Source: Lytechinus pictus (Eukaryota). From it: a stretch of 64,000 nt of DNA. The notes beneath the pieces are model-generated. The model saw nothing but the letters and a program-made list of their open reading frames with translations. It had not been told where the DNA came from and made no database searches. The stretch is taken from assembly GCF_037042905.1 (NCBI RefSeq), contig NC_087246.1, positions 7,814,001 through 7,878,000 of the forward strand, read 5' to 3'. The first letter of the stretch is position 1, and each line of letters opens with the position of its first letter. Both the position numbers and the translations under genes were made by a program. This document shows, in pieces, positions 1 through 12,814 of this stretch.

Positions 1-156
1 ATGTGCGGTGAAATAAACAGTAGAGACATTAAATATTACAGATGAACATAGGCCATTTACCCCCCCCCCCCACCAATAATACAAATAAAGTATTTTTAAA
101 AAATCAAAATTTTAATCTTGAATTATATTCTTAATTGTTAACATGATGTACATGTA

Positions 157-1156
157 CCGTATTTTTCGGTATATAAACCGCGGCCGTGTATTAACCGCAC
201 CCCTAAAAATCGGGAGGCTTTAAAAAAAAAAAAATTACAATCCAATTTTGGTTGTAATTTGGAAGTGCAGATTTAAAATTATTAGAGAGACCAAACGATA
301 TATTACTAATTTTTGTATTTTGAAAAATGGTTACTTTATTCTTTAACTTTATTTTTCAAAGAATATAAATTATTTCTTTGTAGAATGAAGAAAAATAAAA
401 GACCATGAAATGGCAGTATTGTATATCAAAAACGGAAAAAGAAAACAAAAATGTTGAGAGAAACTGAGGGGAAAAAAATGAAGAATAGAGGACATTATTT
501 ATTGCCTTTTTTTTTTTACCGATTACGATCGATTACGATTACATGCCTATTGCACAGCATTTTCAATGCATTTTTTAGGTGTAAAAAAATAAGTTTTCAT
601 TACAAAAAACCAGGGTTTTTTTAAGGAAAAGGTGACCATAAAATAGCATTTTTTAATATCAAAATTATGGTATAAAATGGGAAAGTTTTTTTTTTTAATA
701 TTGAGAGAAAAAGGAGAGAAATAAAGAATAAAGGACATTATTTATTGCTTTTTTTAATAACCGATTACGATTACGATCGATTACGATTACATGCCTATTG
801 AAGAGCATTTCCCAAGCAATTTTAGCTGGAAAAAAAAGTTTTCATCACAAAACAATCAGTTTTTTTTTAGGAAAACATTATTAAATTGATAGTAATCAAA
901 TTAATAGTATAAACCAATCATTACGAAGAAGATTTTTCAAAGAAAACTTCGCAAAATATACTCTCTATTCTTAGTAACCAACAAATAATTATACATCAAA
1001 TATTCTATATAATTCTTGGTTGCTTAACATTTATATTACCGACGAAGAAAGTCAGTTTTCCGACGGAATTGTGTTGTTTCTTTGTATAAACCGCACCCAA
1101 CATTTTAAGATTAGAAAGCGGGAGAAAAGGTGCGGTTTATACACCGGAAAATACGG
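157..1156. mobile_element. Non-autonomous pogo/Tc1-mariner-type element
   Basis: TIRs CCGTATTTTTCGGTATATAAACCGC / GCGGTTTATACACCGGAAAATACGG, TA on both sides, internal imperfect duplication (about 480-660 versus 720-900). Confidence 0.8.
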
Positions 1157-2193
1157 TACATGTACAATACAGCCATACAAATTGGCCGGCACAGTACAAG
1201 GGCAATCAAATTTAGTGATTTATAATTCTCTGGCTATTTTCTTGGTTCATTGGCCAATTATGCATTAACTCTGCAAGTAGTCTCAATACAATACTGGATC
1301 TGAGGTGAATTTACAGATTTTGATTTTAGTTATTAAGTCTTATTCCACGTTTTACATGAAAAATTAATAGCAAAATTTTAAAACATTATATTCTACATGT
1401 ATCATTAGTATACTATAAACTTGCCACTACATTAGACTTTAAAGCAAAGCTTTTTCTTCTGCTGCTTTCAAACTAAGCTTATTTCAAATCTACTAGTATA
1501 TAAATGCATAATCACTGAACTCATCCACATCTCAATAGCTGTGTGTGCCTGTACAGCGCATGTTAGTAGTACTGGTATGCCAGCTGTATGCTGCACATGC
1601 ATGTGTATATGTACACAAAGGATTCGGAATGCTAGGCCAATAACACACAATGACAAGGTCAAGTTATGCATTTATATGCACTTGCACTTCATGTACAATG
1701 TACATGTCGTAAAGGGCCTAAATGTACAGAAATTACATTCTTATCACTGGGTTGAGTCTGTTTTTATTGGGGAGACCCAGAGATAAGGAGAGATAGATTG
1801 TCCCTTTTTAAATCTCTTAGTCTCATCAGTGGAATGAATGTAATCATGATGTCTGACACTAGAGACTGAAAAATTAATATGGTTGAGACAGGCAGAGATC
1901 AAGGAGGTTTTCCTTTTAGTTTGCTTAGCTTTTGTTTACAATTGTAACAAATTACATTCATGCAATCTATTTTGATAGGTGATCACATAAGAGTCATCAA
2001 AAAGCCAATCTACATAATAATTAGGTTGGTCATGCAACAAGAGTTGTGACTGGATTTAGCAAACAAGTGAGCCTCCAACTACAACGGAAAAAAAACAAAA
2101 CAGAAGATATTTTGGGAACACGCGTGGATAGTATGGAAAGGGGGGGTCATAACTTATGAATTTAGGTGCTTTATAAACTATTAAAATGTCTTA

Positions 2194-2935
2194 CTGTAAA
2201 AGTGGAAATTTTCGCGGATTTCACGGCAAGATCGGCGAGCGCGAATTAAAAGACACGCAAATTTATGAGCATCTATTTTAATGCAGGTTTCGAACCGCAC
2301 TTCGATTGCGTGTATCGCTTTGGCAAAGAGACTACAAAATTTGACCTATAGAGAGCGACTTTTAAGCAAGCAAGCTTGAGCTCCAAAATCATATGCATCG
2401 CGAAAAATTTGTTCCAATGCGATCACTTTTTTTAACAGTCGCAGATCGGTATTTAAATTATGATTTCGCTTGAAATATGAGTTGCTTTTGCCATTTGATT
2501 GGTGAGTGTTTAGATCTGTCTAGTTTTTAAGAAGACGTCTTGTCGATCACCCAGGTTTGTTGATTGATCCCATGCAGTTTGAATAGCCGTAATCCCCCAG
2601 TACAGTCCTTACCCGGTGCTCCGCCGTCCATACCAGGTCAGCAGCGCCTCCATTTTGCCTTCCCCGATGTCTGCCCCGCAAAGAAAAGTTGCGCTAAATG
2701 TCACAAAAGCTCATGATTTGATCAAAACAATGCTGAATTATGCCGCATTAGAGCTAGAATTATGATAAGAAAATACAATTTTGTTGCTATTGTTCATTAA
2801 AACCATTCACAGATGGGGAAGAAGGAAGTGACTTTGTGATTATGGAGTGTGCAGCGTGAATTCAAGAACCCATGAATATGTTTTGAAGCCGCCAAGCGCG
2901 AAAAATTAATCCCACGAAAATAACAGCGTTTACAG
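2194..2935. mobile_element. Non-autonomous TA-flanked DNA transposon
   Basis: TA|CTGTAAA..ATTTTCG at the left end and CGAAAAT..TTTACAG|TA at the right end. Confidence 0.7.
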
Positions 2936-3565
2936 TATTATTTTAGAAGCAAACTCTATGCGCTGTGTATCCTGCATTGGGGATTTGGGTTCAGGTTTGA
3001 GATGCAAAGTAGTGGGTCACATTTCAAATTATTGTGGTGGTTAACAAGATTTTCTGTTTAAGAGTCTTGTACAGTAAGTCCTGCTGTCGGTGAAAATTAC
3101 ATAACCCTTTTCATGTTGTAATTTAGGGGACCTTAAAAAAATTGCTATTTCTTTAGTCTTTGCATTTCGCATCTAACCCCTGAAAAACACCCTTTTCCCA
3201 TGTTTTTTTATGGATTCTGTTCACTCTTACGTGGAAGTGACCCCCCCCCCCCTTATATACACATATCAAGCAGTTTAAAATGAAAATGGTAGTTGTTAAT
3301 ACAATTAAATGGATGGCTTCAGAATAATTTGATTGCTATCTACATGTATGTAAACAGGAAAGTACGGCAATCCAGTGTCAAATATAGGCCTATCACATTT
3401 CGCAAAACTTTACTTTGCACACTGACATGTACTGTTAGGAAACATTTCAAACTGAATTTGATCAGCTAGGCCTATTTCATAATAATAAATAGACAAATCC
3501 CAACACCATTGCTTTGGATCCCCCCCTCCCCCTGCTGGAAAACTGATCTTGTACATGTAACTTAC

Positions 3566-3637
3566 CTCTGTAGATGATTTTCCATTATATAACATTTTCT
3601 TGATTGCCACTACTTCTCCCGTTATTGTGTTTGTTGC
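3566..3637 (-). CDS. TAOK: TAO kinase, second coding exon (72 nt, ATNTITGEVVAIKKMLYNGKSSTE); gene continues left of the window
   Basis: Acceptor CAG at 3640-3638 and donor GTAAG at 3565. Contains the VAIK catalytic-lysine motif, in phase 0 with the previous exon. Confidence 0.93.
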
Positions 3638-3804
3638 CTGTGGAGAGAAACATATAGAAATAAAGATATAACATTACATTCAAATCTCAAAATGTTTTTT
3701 TTTTTTCCTCTCGTCAAATGCACAACAGAGTTTACAAACATGTATGTGCTTAATTATGAAGAGATGTCAAATATCTAGCCATCACCTGATTGGATTGTCA
3801 TTAA

Positions 3805-4374
3805 AAAACAAGTCCACCCCAAGAAAAAGTAGATTTTAATAAAAAGAGAATTTAAAATCCACCAAGCTGAAAATTTCGTCAAAATCGGATGTAAAATAAG
3901 AAAGTTATATTTTAAAATTTTGCTTAATTTCACAAAATATGCACATCCTGGTCAGTATGCATACATATGAGGGGACTGATCACATCACCAACTCACCATT
4001 TCTTTTACAAGTATTTTATCATATGAAACATGAAATAGCTTAATTTTTTCCTTATTGTCATGTGAAATAAAATTTTATTCCTCCCTGAACATGTTGAATT
4101 AACATGGTTTATCATTTTGTGCTTCAGTCGAGTTAGTCATCTGTAAAAATAGAAATATTGTATAATTCAAACAATATAAAACAAAAGAAAGAGTGAGGGA
4201 CATCATCAACTATCTCATATGACTGAATATGCATACAACTATTTTGTGAAAAATCATTTTAGGATGTCACAAGTTTCTTATTTTACATCAGATTTTGATG
4301 AAATTTCCAGCATTATGCTTGTCTGATTTTTCTCTATTGATTCAAATTAACATTTTCTGGGGAAGACTTGACCT
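3805..4374. mobile_element. TTAA-flanked MITE family A (Kolobok-like), degenerate copy
   Basis: Homologous to 8882-9478, 16832-17424 and 28165-28730, with long imperfect TIRs. Confidence 0.75.
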
Positions 4375-5312
4375 TTAGCACAATAGCACATGCTTGAAGA
4401 ATGGCATGGCAGGCATGCTATTATACATGTGATTCCCCTTTGTTTTGTATTAAAGCTGATCCAAACTTTGACAACATTTGTTATTATACAAGTACAATGT
4501 TTATAATACATTCATCCTCATCCCAAAATAAGCCTACAGCAAAAAGAGGGAACAGCCAAGGAATTCCTTTATTGTATCATATTACACTACATGAATAAAT
4601 GACTGCTCAATAATATAATGTAAACACTCTCTCTTGCTCATATTCTTCATTTATTTGTCTTGTACAGACAAATAAACTTTAAGGAAATACATGTACATTA
4701 GGTGTATGACATTCAATATTTCGGGATCGGATAGATAACTCGTATCAAAATACACCGCTTGCATCTGATATACAGTAAGGCTTTATCGCAAGTGCATATG
4801 GCAGACAAGTGAGAAGATATGAAAGCAAACCTTAACCATCATTGACATACTGTACAGCAGGCCCCAGCCAAGGGGCTCATATTCATCACAACAATGAGTG
4901 TTTATTTCAAATGGGGTAAAATGGAAGGAAAGAACAAGGGATGTTTTTTAGTGTTGAGGAGATAATAGGATATTGAGGGAAAGGGAGGGAGGGAATTCAA
5001 GACATTGTTAGAGTGCATTCAACTTGATCTTGATAGAAGCCATGATACTGGAGTGTGCCTGATATCAATTAGTCTGCATGCACAGACTCGAATTTGACAC
5101 TTTGACAAATTGTCTTGAGTGGAGCAGGGGAAAAAATTATAGGAGGAAGGGGGCTCAAAGAAATTTAACCCCTAAAATGCTGAAATGAGCCCTGGAAAAA
5201 TAAATAAGAGCCCCAGATAATCATCCACTGTTATTAAATTCATTTTTTAATGAACTTTGTCTAGGATTTTCATGCAATCATAAAAAGTAAAAGTAAGATC
5301 TATTTCAACCAG

Positions 5313-6109
5313 TAGGGACAGTGATTTTCCGTTTCAAAAAATTGCCTTTTCCGTTTCAGAAAATCTCAAATTCCGTTTCAGCATGTCAGAAAACGGAAAT
5401 TCCGTTTCCCCATAGACTTTGTACACACGGAAAAGTGACAATTCCGTTTACACATTAAATAGCAAAATCACAATACGTACACTCGCACTGGTCAAAATTT
5501 GTATCTGCTACTGTACCAACAACACAATAGAATCCGTTCTAATCGGATCTATGCGGGTGCATAAAATATTTTTACGAACCCATTTAGCATGCATACATCC
5601 TCACCTTTCACATTATTAGCATTATTTCACGGTGAAATGATATTTCATCTATAATTTTGGGGGTTTTTGGACATTGTTATCATCAGTCAACGGCTTCTGC
5701 CAATCCGCCATCTTGGATTTTAAGACCACGATATCGTGCTGTTACATCTTCAAACGTAGAGGGCAGCGACACACGACCGTGTAGTTGAACGATATGTGTG
5801 CATGTGAAGCCCAACCCGGCCGGCCGAGTGCAGGGTACAATCGAGTGTGCTGATGTCGAGTGCAGTCACGATGTGTGAATTGTCATGATAGCAGCGAAGT
5901 GAGATCGTGTTTTCTGGGGTTTTGTGGCCATTTAATATTCTCATTTTGTTGTGATTTTGGAGTAATTTCTGTTGCTATTCTGTGTACCGGTATTTTGAGG
6001 GAAAATACATTTTCCGTGATTTTCCGTTTGAAATGCCACTTTCCGTTTCAAAAGGCCCTTTCCGTGAATTCCGTCCGTTTTCCGCGATCGCGGAAAATCA
6101 CTGTCCCTA
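5313..6109. mobile_element. hAT-like non-autonomous element with 6-bp TSD
   Basis: Perfect 19-bp TIR TAGGGACAGTGATTTTCCG, AACCAG on both flanks, subterminal TTCCGT repeats. Confidence 0.85.
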
Positions 6110-6429
6110 AACCAGTAAATGTAAAACTAATCACAAGTTTATTATTTTGGGTTGGAAAAACAATTCACATTATGATTTTTTTTATAGCAATTTTGAGGCC
6201 AACATGTAGGTTTATTATAGTCGGTTTGATTTTTGCGAAAATGACTCTAAAGACTTGAAAATAAAAGGTAAGGAACTCATTCAAAATATTTGGCGTCGCA
6301 GAGTAGTCATAAGATTTGTCAAGAGGTTAACTTAAGCGTCAATACTCTAAATCTGTCATCACAATGAATGTTAAGGGATCAAACTATACGTAATACGAGT
6401 TACAAGCTCTTCTAATAGAGTGGGTAGAC

Positions 6430-8277
6430 TAGTGCTGCAAGTCAGGCGCCATGTTCGGGTTCGGTTCGGTTCGGCAAGGTTCGGCAGAAATTTGCCGAAC
6501 ATTGGTTCGGTTCGGGGTTCGGTAATGATAGACTGATAAAGCTATAGTTCATTCAGGTATATACGTAGCGTACCGGTAGACAATTTGTACTTGATTGACT
6601 GCATGTGCTCGCGTGTACCTCAGTCACATCAAACCATTTTATCTCTATCTTGTTGACATGAAACTATGAAAGTTATAGCGCTCAACGAATCAACTGTTAT
6701 CTCGAATTTGATTATCTGATGACAGATTTATTGGGTAACTCACAGTTCTAAAATGGCGACTCTTCCTAGTCGTCCATACCTGGACCACACTTTGGATACT
6801 TGCCAAATTAACTACGCTCGCGCTCGCACTCGTACCAGCTAGGCTAGGCTAGGCTTGTAGCGGGACTCTGAGCTCGAGCGCTCATGAATATTTATATATA
6901 CAGTCCGGCCAAACGTGATTGGCAATTGCATCACATACGAGGCGACCAGCGCCAGTGCACTGAACTGTAGGCATAGTAGGGCCAGGGGCGTGTCGAAGAA
7001 AGCGTGCTTATGTAATGCGCCTTTCGCTAATTGGCTCGATGGGTGAACTAAACCACCAATCGCATGTCGCTGATTGTCGCATCGGTACATGCAGCCACGT
7101 GCTTTGTCTGCTCGCGAAACTCAGCTCACTGATTGAAGAGCAATTCCCAAGATTTCTGTGATTTCATTGGTCAGATTTCATTCGACCATGAACATACAGA
7201 CCAAGTGGGATGCAAAGTTTTACGACTGTAATGGGACAGGGGGAGTAGAGTTATCATCGAATTGTTTATGGTTAATTTGAGAAGTTGATAAGAAAGGGAA
7301 AAAAAAGTAAAGATTGGGGGTCATTTTCCCCCAAGAGATGAATGTTTCCGCATGGCTTTTTCTTCATTCAACTTGTCAACGAGGGGAAGGGGATCTTGCT
7401 ATATGCTATACCGTAATCATTCATGAGTGTTTGATTTTTATTTTCATCTGATTGTTAATAATAAAAAAGATAACTTCACCTCATCTCATTTCTATATTAT
7501 TTGTTTTGCGTCTCTCCTTTCCATCTCTAACAGTCACTCACTTTATTTCCCACTTTCACTGGATCTCTCGTTTTCAAAACTCTTTACTTCTCTCTAAAAT
7601 CATGAAAACTAGACAGTATCGAGCCGACACCTCAATAATAATGTCAATCACCTCAATCAGATCTTTATTCTCCGCCGGAACAATACACGAGTTACGATCT
7701 TAATCACATCGTATCGTAATTCGTAATAGTAATGGTACTTCATCTTTCACTTTCAGTTTATTGAGCTCGTTCATTCAAAATACTTTGAAGATTTTCAAAC
7801 AAGAATCTTGTTCGCCACCTAAAAACAACAATATTTTAGATAATTAGATTTAACCAATGAACACTCATACAGTTTTGGTTTTCTTTACCATGCTTCGGCG
7901 ATTCGGCCACAGAGCGAGAGATGATGAAAGCCAGTAAAATGATTATAGCGCAAGCTCGCGCAACATCATTCATCGGATCTCCTTTCTTAATCAGGGCCGT
8001 AAAAACCACAATGTCAACATGAAAATGAAAACAAAATCTAGTAACCGCAAAATAAGCGCATACTTCCAACATACAATTGCAAAGAAGATTAAATAGAGAA
8101 TGCGCAAATATAATGATTAGAAAGGGTGTAAACTTATAAATTTATTAGCTGAAAGCCGTTTTTTTTTTTTTGCCGAACTTCCGAACCAAGTCTTAGTGTT
8201 CGGTTCGGTTCTGTTCGGTTCGGAAGTGCCATGTTCGGCGAACTACCGTTCGGTATGGCGGTTCGGCTACAGCACTA
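6430..8277. mobile_element. hAT non-autonomous element (1848 bp) with gene-like cargo
   Basis: Termini TAGTGCTG / CAGCACTA, perfect 8-bp TSD GGGTAGAC, subterminal GTTCG arrays at both ends. Confidence 0.9.
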
Positions 8278-8881
8278 GGGTAGACCCTGACATAAACGAA
8301 ACAATAAAAGACCAAAAGTAATAAAAAGTTAATAAATTATAATGCAGTATAAAATTATGAATAATAAAATATAAATTTCACCCAAAATTTGGATATTGCT
8401 CCATAATCATGCATACATGTACATGTAGAGTCTATGCCAGTGGACTATTCCAGCACAATCTTTCTCTCTCTCCTGCTACAAGGCAGCACAATGCCTGGAA
8501 TGTGCACTAAAAAGCATCCATGGATGGCTTCACGTTTGGCAAATGCGCATGTCACTGGAGTGTACATTATGCAGCAGATCTATAACCGTGGGAACATGAT
8601 GCTTTGGGCTGCATTTTGATTCAAAATAAGCATGGAACTGCAGACATTTTTTACATTGGTACACTTTTTCATATTTTCCACATAAACTGGTATCCTATTT
8701 TCAATCTTTTACATGTTAATGTGTACTTTAAATTATTAATTTTTAAATTTTCAATCTGTTGATGTCTACAAGTGGGACCATGAATACAATACATCCAGCC
8801 ATAGTAGGTCATAAGGAAGACACACAGGCCCATATTCTGAACTCAGATATAATCTAAATCCTGGTTAAAGTTGTGGTTTAA

Positions 8882-9478
8882 AGGACATCTCCACCCCAAC
8901 AAAAAGTTGATTTGAATAAAAAGAGAAAAATCCAACAAGCATAACACTGAAAATTTCATCAAAATCGGATGTAAAATAAAAAAGTTTTGACATTTTAAAG
9001 TTTCGCTTAATTTCACAAAACAGTTATATGCACATCCTGGCTGGTATGCAAATGAGGAGACTATGACGTCATCCACTCACTATTTCTTTTGTGTTTTATT
9101 ATATGAAATATGAAATATACTAATTTTCTCCTCATTGTCAAGTGATACAACAATTAATTCCTCCCTGAACAGGTAAAACTAGCATTGGTTAATACTATAT
9201 GGTTCATTCAAGTTGGTCCTTATTGTCAAATCTATAAAAAACGAAATATTGTATACATGTAATTCAAACAATAAAAAACAAAAGAAATAGTGAGTGATGG
9301 ACATCATTGACTGACTCACCTAGTTGTGCATATCACTGTTTTGTGAAAAATAAGTGAAACTTTAAAATGTCATAACTTTCTTATTTTACATTCGATTTTG
9401 ATGAAATTCTCAGCACTATGCTAGTTTGATTTTTCTCTATTTATTCAAGTCAGCATTTTCCTGGGGTGGACTTGACCT
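8882..9478. mobile_element. TTAA-flanked MITE family A (Kolobok-like)
   Basis: TTAA|AGG...CCT|TTAA with imperfect TIRs of more than 100 bp; several copies in the window. Confidence 0.85.
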
Positions 9479-10519
9479 TTAAGTATGGATAGCCAATGTT
9501 GACATAAATCTTTAACAGTAAATGTTCAATATATCAGCTCATTTGACTCTCAAGGAAGGATACGGTAGATAAGATATATGTGACCTTGACCTTTGACCTG
9601 AAAATCAATAGGCTTCCTGGGATCCATGCTAGTATCATACATACCAAATTATATGCGCCTAGGTTAAGTTAAACTGAAGTTATCCCGTAAGACGGGCGTA
9701 TAAAAAGTAAACAATGTAAATAAAATTGTGACATTTTTTTATTTTCCCACAATTTTAGCACAGATCATAGTCTATTAAAGTTAAACCCAAGTTCAGAATA
9801 CATGTACTGACCACTTGAGTCAAGTATTCATACAGTCTCAATGTTACAATTCCAAACAATGCAACAATGAAGCCTGTATCTGGATGGGAGATGTCCTGGT
9901 ACTCATTGTATTCATTCAGCCCAACCAAAATGACCTTTATCGGCGACCTAATTTTCACAACATTGCAATGTCAATAGAGCAACAATAATAGTGGACGAGC
10001 AAAACTCTTCCAGTCTGCCATAGTATCAAGCAGAATAGTCAGGAAAGGCCATAGGGCAATATACTCCAATCTGGAGGATAGCATTAATATGAGAAGTCAG
10101 ATGGCACATGCTGTATAGAGACCCTCATGTACAAACAATATTCTTTAAAAAAAAAAGATTTAAGAAAATAAAGTAAAAACATGCTTGTGGTTGTGTGTGT
10201 GTGAAAATGTGATCCCTGAATTTGAAAAGTGTCGAAGTACTTCATGTATTCTTTATGCAACTAGTATAATAGACTCTATTATACTAGTTGCTTAATACAG
10301 AGTATCATTATAAAAATAAAGTTTGGAACATTAATGAGATGTATATGTATGTAAAATACAAGTGTTACGCTAAATAGCTACATGTGTTTTTTTTCTTTTC
10401 ATACTAATATTGGCAGACATATCCATCCCCCCCCCCCCCTCTTCGTCCTAAAAAAAATGACATAGCAAAAACACCAGCACTTGACACAGCTATTCTTATA
10501 TTGCAGCCGCTATTGAAGC

Positions 10520-10696
10520 CTGGTGGGTGTTCCATAAAGCTGTTCGTAAGTTAAGAGCAAATATAAGAACGACTGGTGATCCTTTCTTGTGGTAAATGGT
10601 ATATTCATTGGTAATGGTTTAGCGCGTAAGAAAGGTTCACCAGTCGTTCTTAAAGTCGCTCTTATCTTACGAACAGCTTTGTGAAACGGCCCCCAG
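10520..10696. mobile_element. Palindromic PIF/Harbinger-like MITE
   Basis: Arms AAAGCTGTTCGTAAG..AAGAACGACTGGTGA mirrored by TCACCAGTCGTTCTT..CTTACGAACAGCTTT; right terminus GGCCCC. Confidence 0.7.
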
Positions 10697-10879
10697 ATCT
10701 CTGTCATACCTGTAAAGGGCATCTTTCTACTTTCACGATCTTCTCGGAAATACTGATTTAAAAAAAATGCATTTTAGGGTATTCAATATATAAAGAATGA
10801 ACAATTAATGCTAGAGCACATGTATGATGTACTGTAACCAAAACAATGACAACACCACCACTTGACGAGCTTTACTCAC

Positions 10880-11011
10880 ATGATAGACGGCACCAAAGCT
10901 CCCATGCCCAATCTCTGTCATGCCTGTAAAGAGTTTCTCTGGGTCTTCATCTGAAAAGAGTCTTTGGACTTCCAAGTCCTTGATCTGTGCCACACGCGTC
11001 GGCAAAGGCAT
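10880..11011 (-). CDS. TAOK: TAO (STE20-family) serine/threonine kinase, first coding exon (44 aa)
   Basis: MPLPTRVAQIKDLEVQRLFSDEDPEKLFTGMTEIGHGSFGAVYH matches the TAO kinase N-terminus (EDPEKLF..EIGHGSFGAVY, Gly-rich loop). Phase-0 donor GTGAGT at 10879. Confidence 0.95.
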
Positions 11012-12144
11012 GGCTGCAGAGGTTTCTGGGGGCGCTGTTCAGGCGGAAGATGATGGAACAAGATGAACGGACTCATCGAATGGATTGGGACGCCTTGTGC
11101 ACCCCTCAAGAATCACATCCAGGTTGTAAAAGAAAATTTCATTACACGGATCTGACCAATGTTTGTGGATGATCAGGTGTTTGATATTATTTGTGACTTA
11201 TTTACAAGCTAAAACAGGACTTCCTTATGGGGAAGATGAAGTTCATAAATTTCCAGTCCAAGGATTGTGAGAAAAAAACTTGAAGAAATATTTTTGTTTC
11301 CTTCTCTAGCCGACAAGACTGGTTATATTATGTAGATCTCTATTACAATGTTTCCATCCATTTTTAATTTTTAATTGAGTCAGAGGAAATCCACTTCAGC
11401 TATTCAAAAGATCATAAGCATCACATTTGTGAATAAAAATGTGAAATGACAAGCCTATTAATTAGGCAACTCAAATGGCCACTCGATGATGAAATTGCCT
11501 TGGTGCTGCACAGCCCACGTGATTGATGAACGACTGTTGCTCAATCCAATGCCGATGAGCCTAGCAGACGCTGCTTCAATCCCAGGAATTTTGGACGTGA
11601 AGTTGTCCAAGTGGTCACACAAATACAGCTATAGCGTTTGGTATTTGTTCCTCCGCCCGCCTGACCAAATGGTATCTCCCTCTCTCTCTTTCTCAGGTCG
11701 CAAGGAGTGATCAGGTTTAGAAATCGATGTTGATGATCTATTCTGGATGTCCCTTCACCTTCCAATCTCGCAATGATGACCTCTTGACCAACTGCAAAGA
11801 AAAACAGGGTATATAATGTTCCATGAAAGTGTTGTTTGCAATATCAGAAAGTATACATGTGTTAGATGGGAAAATGTTACACATCCCTCATGAATATGCT
11901 TGCACATTGTAAAGAACAAAGGGAATGAGATTTTAGAAAATGCAATGTGGACATAGCCGCTAATAATCATTAATCCAAATTAAAAAGGTTCTTGTTTAGG
12001 GCAACAAACACATGATAAACACAACCATAACATTAAGTGTTTCCTCTAATTCTAAACTAATAACGTGCGAGAGAACTTGTAGCTACATGGGATTTATGTG
12101 TATCACATAGTGCAAATTGGCATATTTGGCATTTTTTAAAAGTC

Positions 12145-12765
12145 CAGGCCTCTACAAAAAAAATTTAATCGCTTCCCCAACAGGCCCAGGACAAGTGATA
12201 TAAAAATTTGCTTGCCCGATAGAAAAACTACTTGCCCAATTTTTTTTCATAATTATTTCGTTCTTAATTTTTTTTTTTATGATGGTACTACACTTAATTT
12301 CAAAGGTCAAGAAAAATAACTACAAATGCGAATCATAGTAAATAAGTCTATTTTCAGCAAAGTCATGACATCACTTCTTATTGCCATCATAGACATGGAT
12401 CTGCTAATTTTTACTCAGTTTCGCGAGTAGCTTCACTCATACTACATGTACTACCTTTGGAGCTATAATTTCCCAAGGTAGTAGCGCGTGCGCAGTGTAT
12501 TTTAGAGCGTACGATGGCAGCCCCCATCGAACAAGTTACCTGGCAATAAGTTATTGGTAAATTTGCCGCCGATTTACTTGTTTCCACTGTTTTTTTTACT
12601 GGTTTAAGAAATAATTGGCCGATAATTTTGATATATTGAAATTTACTGTCATTTTATTTTTTTATTTTCAAAACAACCACTTGCCCAAACGGGCAATTCA
12701 CTTTGGGAAATGCTTGCCCGCGCATCATGTTCACTTGCCCCAGGCAAGAGGTTTTTTCGCGCCCT
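12145..12765. mobile_element. Degenerate CAGG..CCTG element with (C)ACTTGCCC subterminal repeats
   Basis: Shares its subterminal motif with 60873-61276. No TSD recognisable. Confidence 0.5.
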
Positions 12766-12814
12766 GCACCAACAAAAATTTAGGCCAACATGCATGTTTC
12801 AGTAAAAACTTTTC

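Noticed and set aside
9575..9706. TGACCTTGACCTTTGACC as a nuclear-receptor response element
   Set aside because: Appears to be part of a dispersed repeat fragment; function cannot be supported from sequence alone.
11541..11765. 74-aa ORF upstream of the TAOK start
   Set aside because: TTG start; joining to the probable exon 1 gives an in-frame stop and no ATG.
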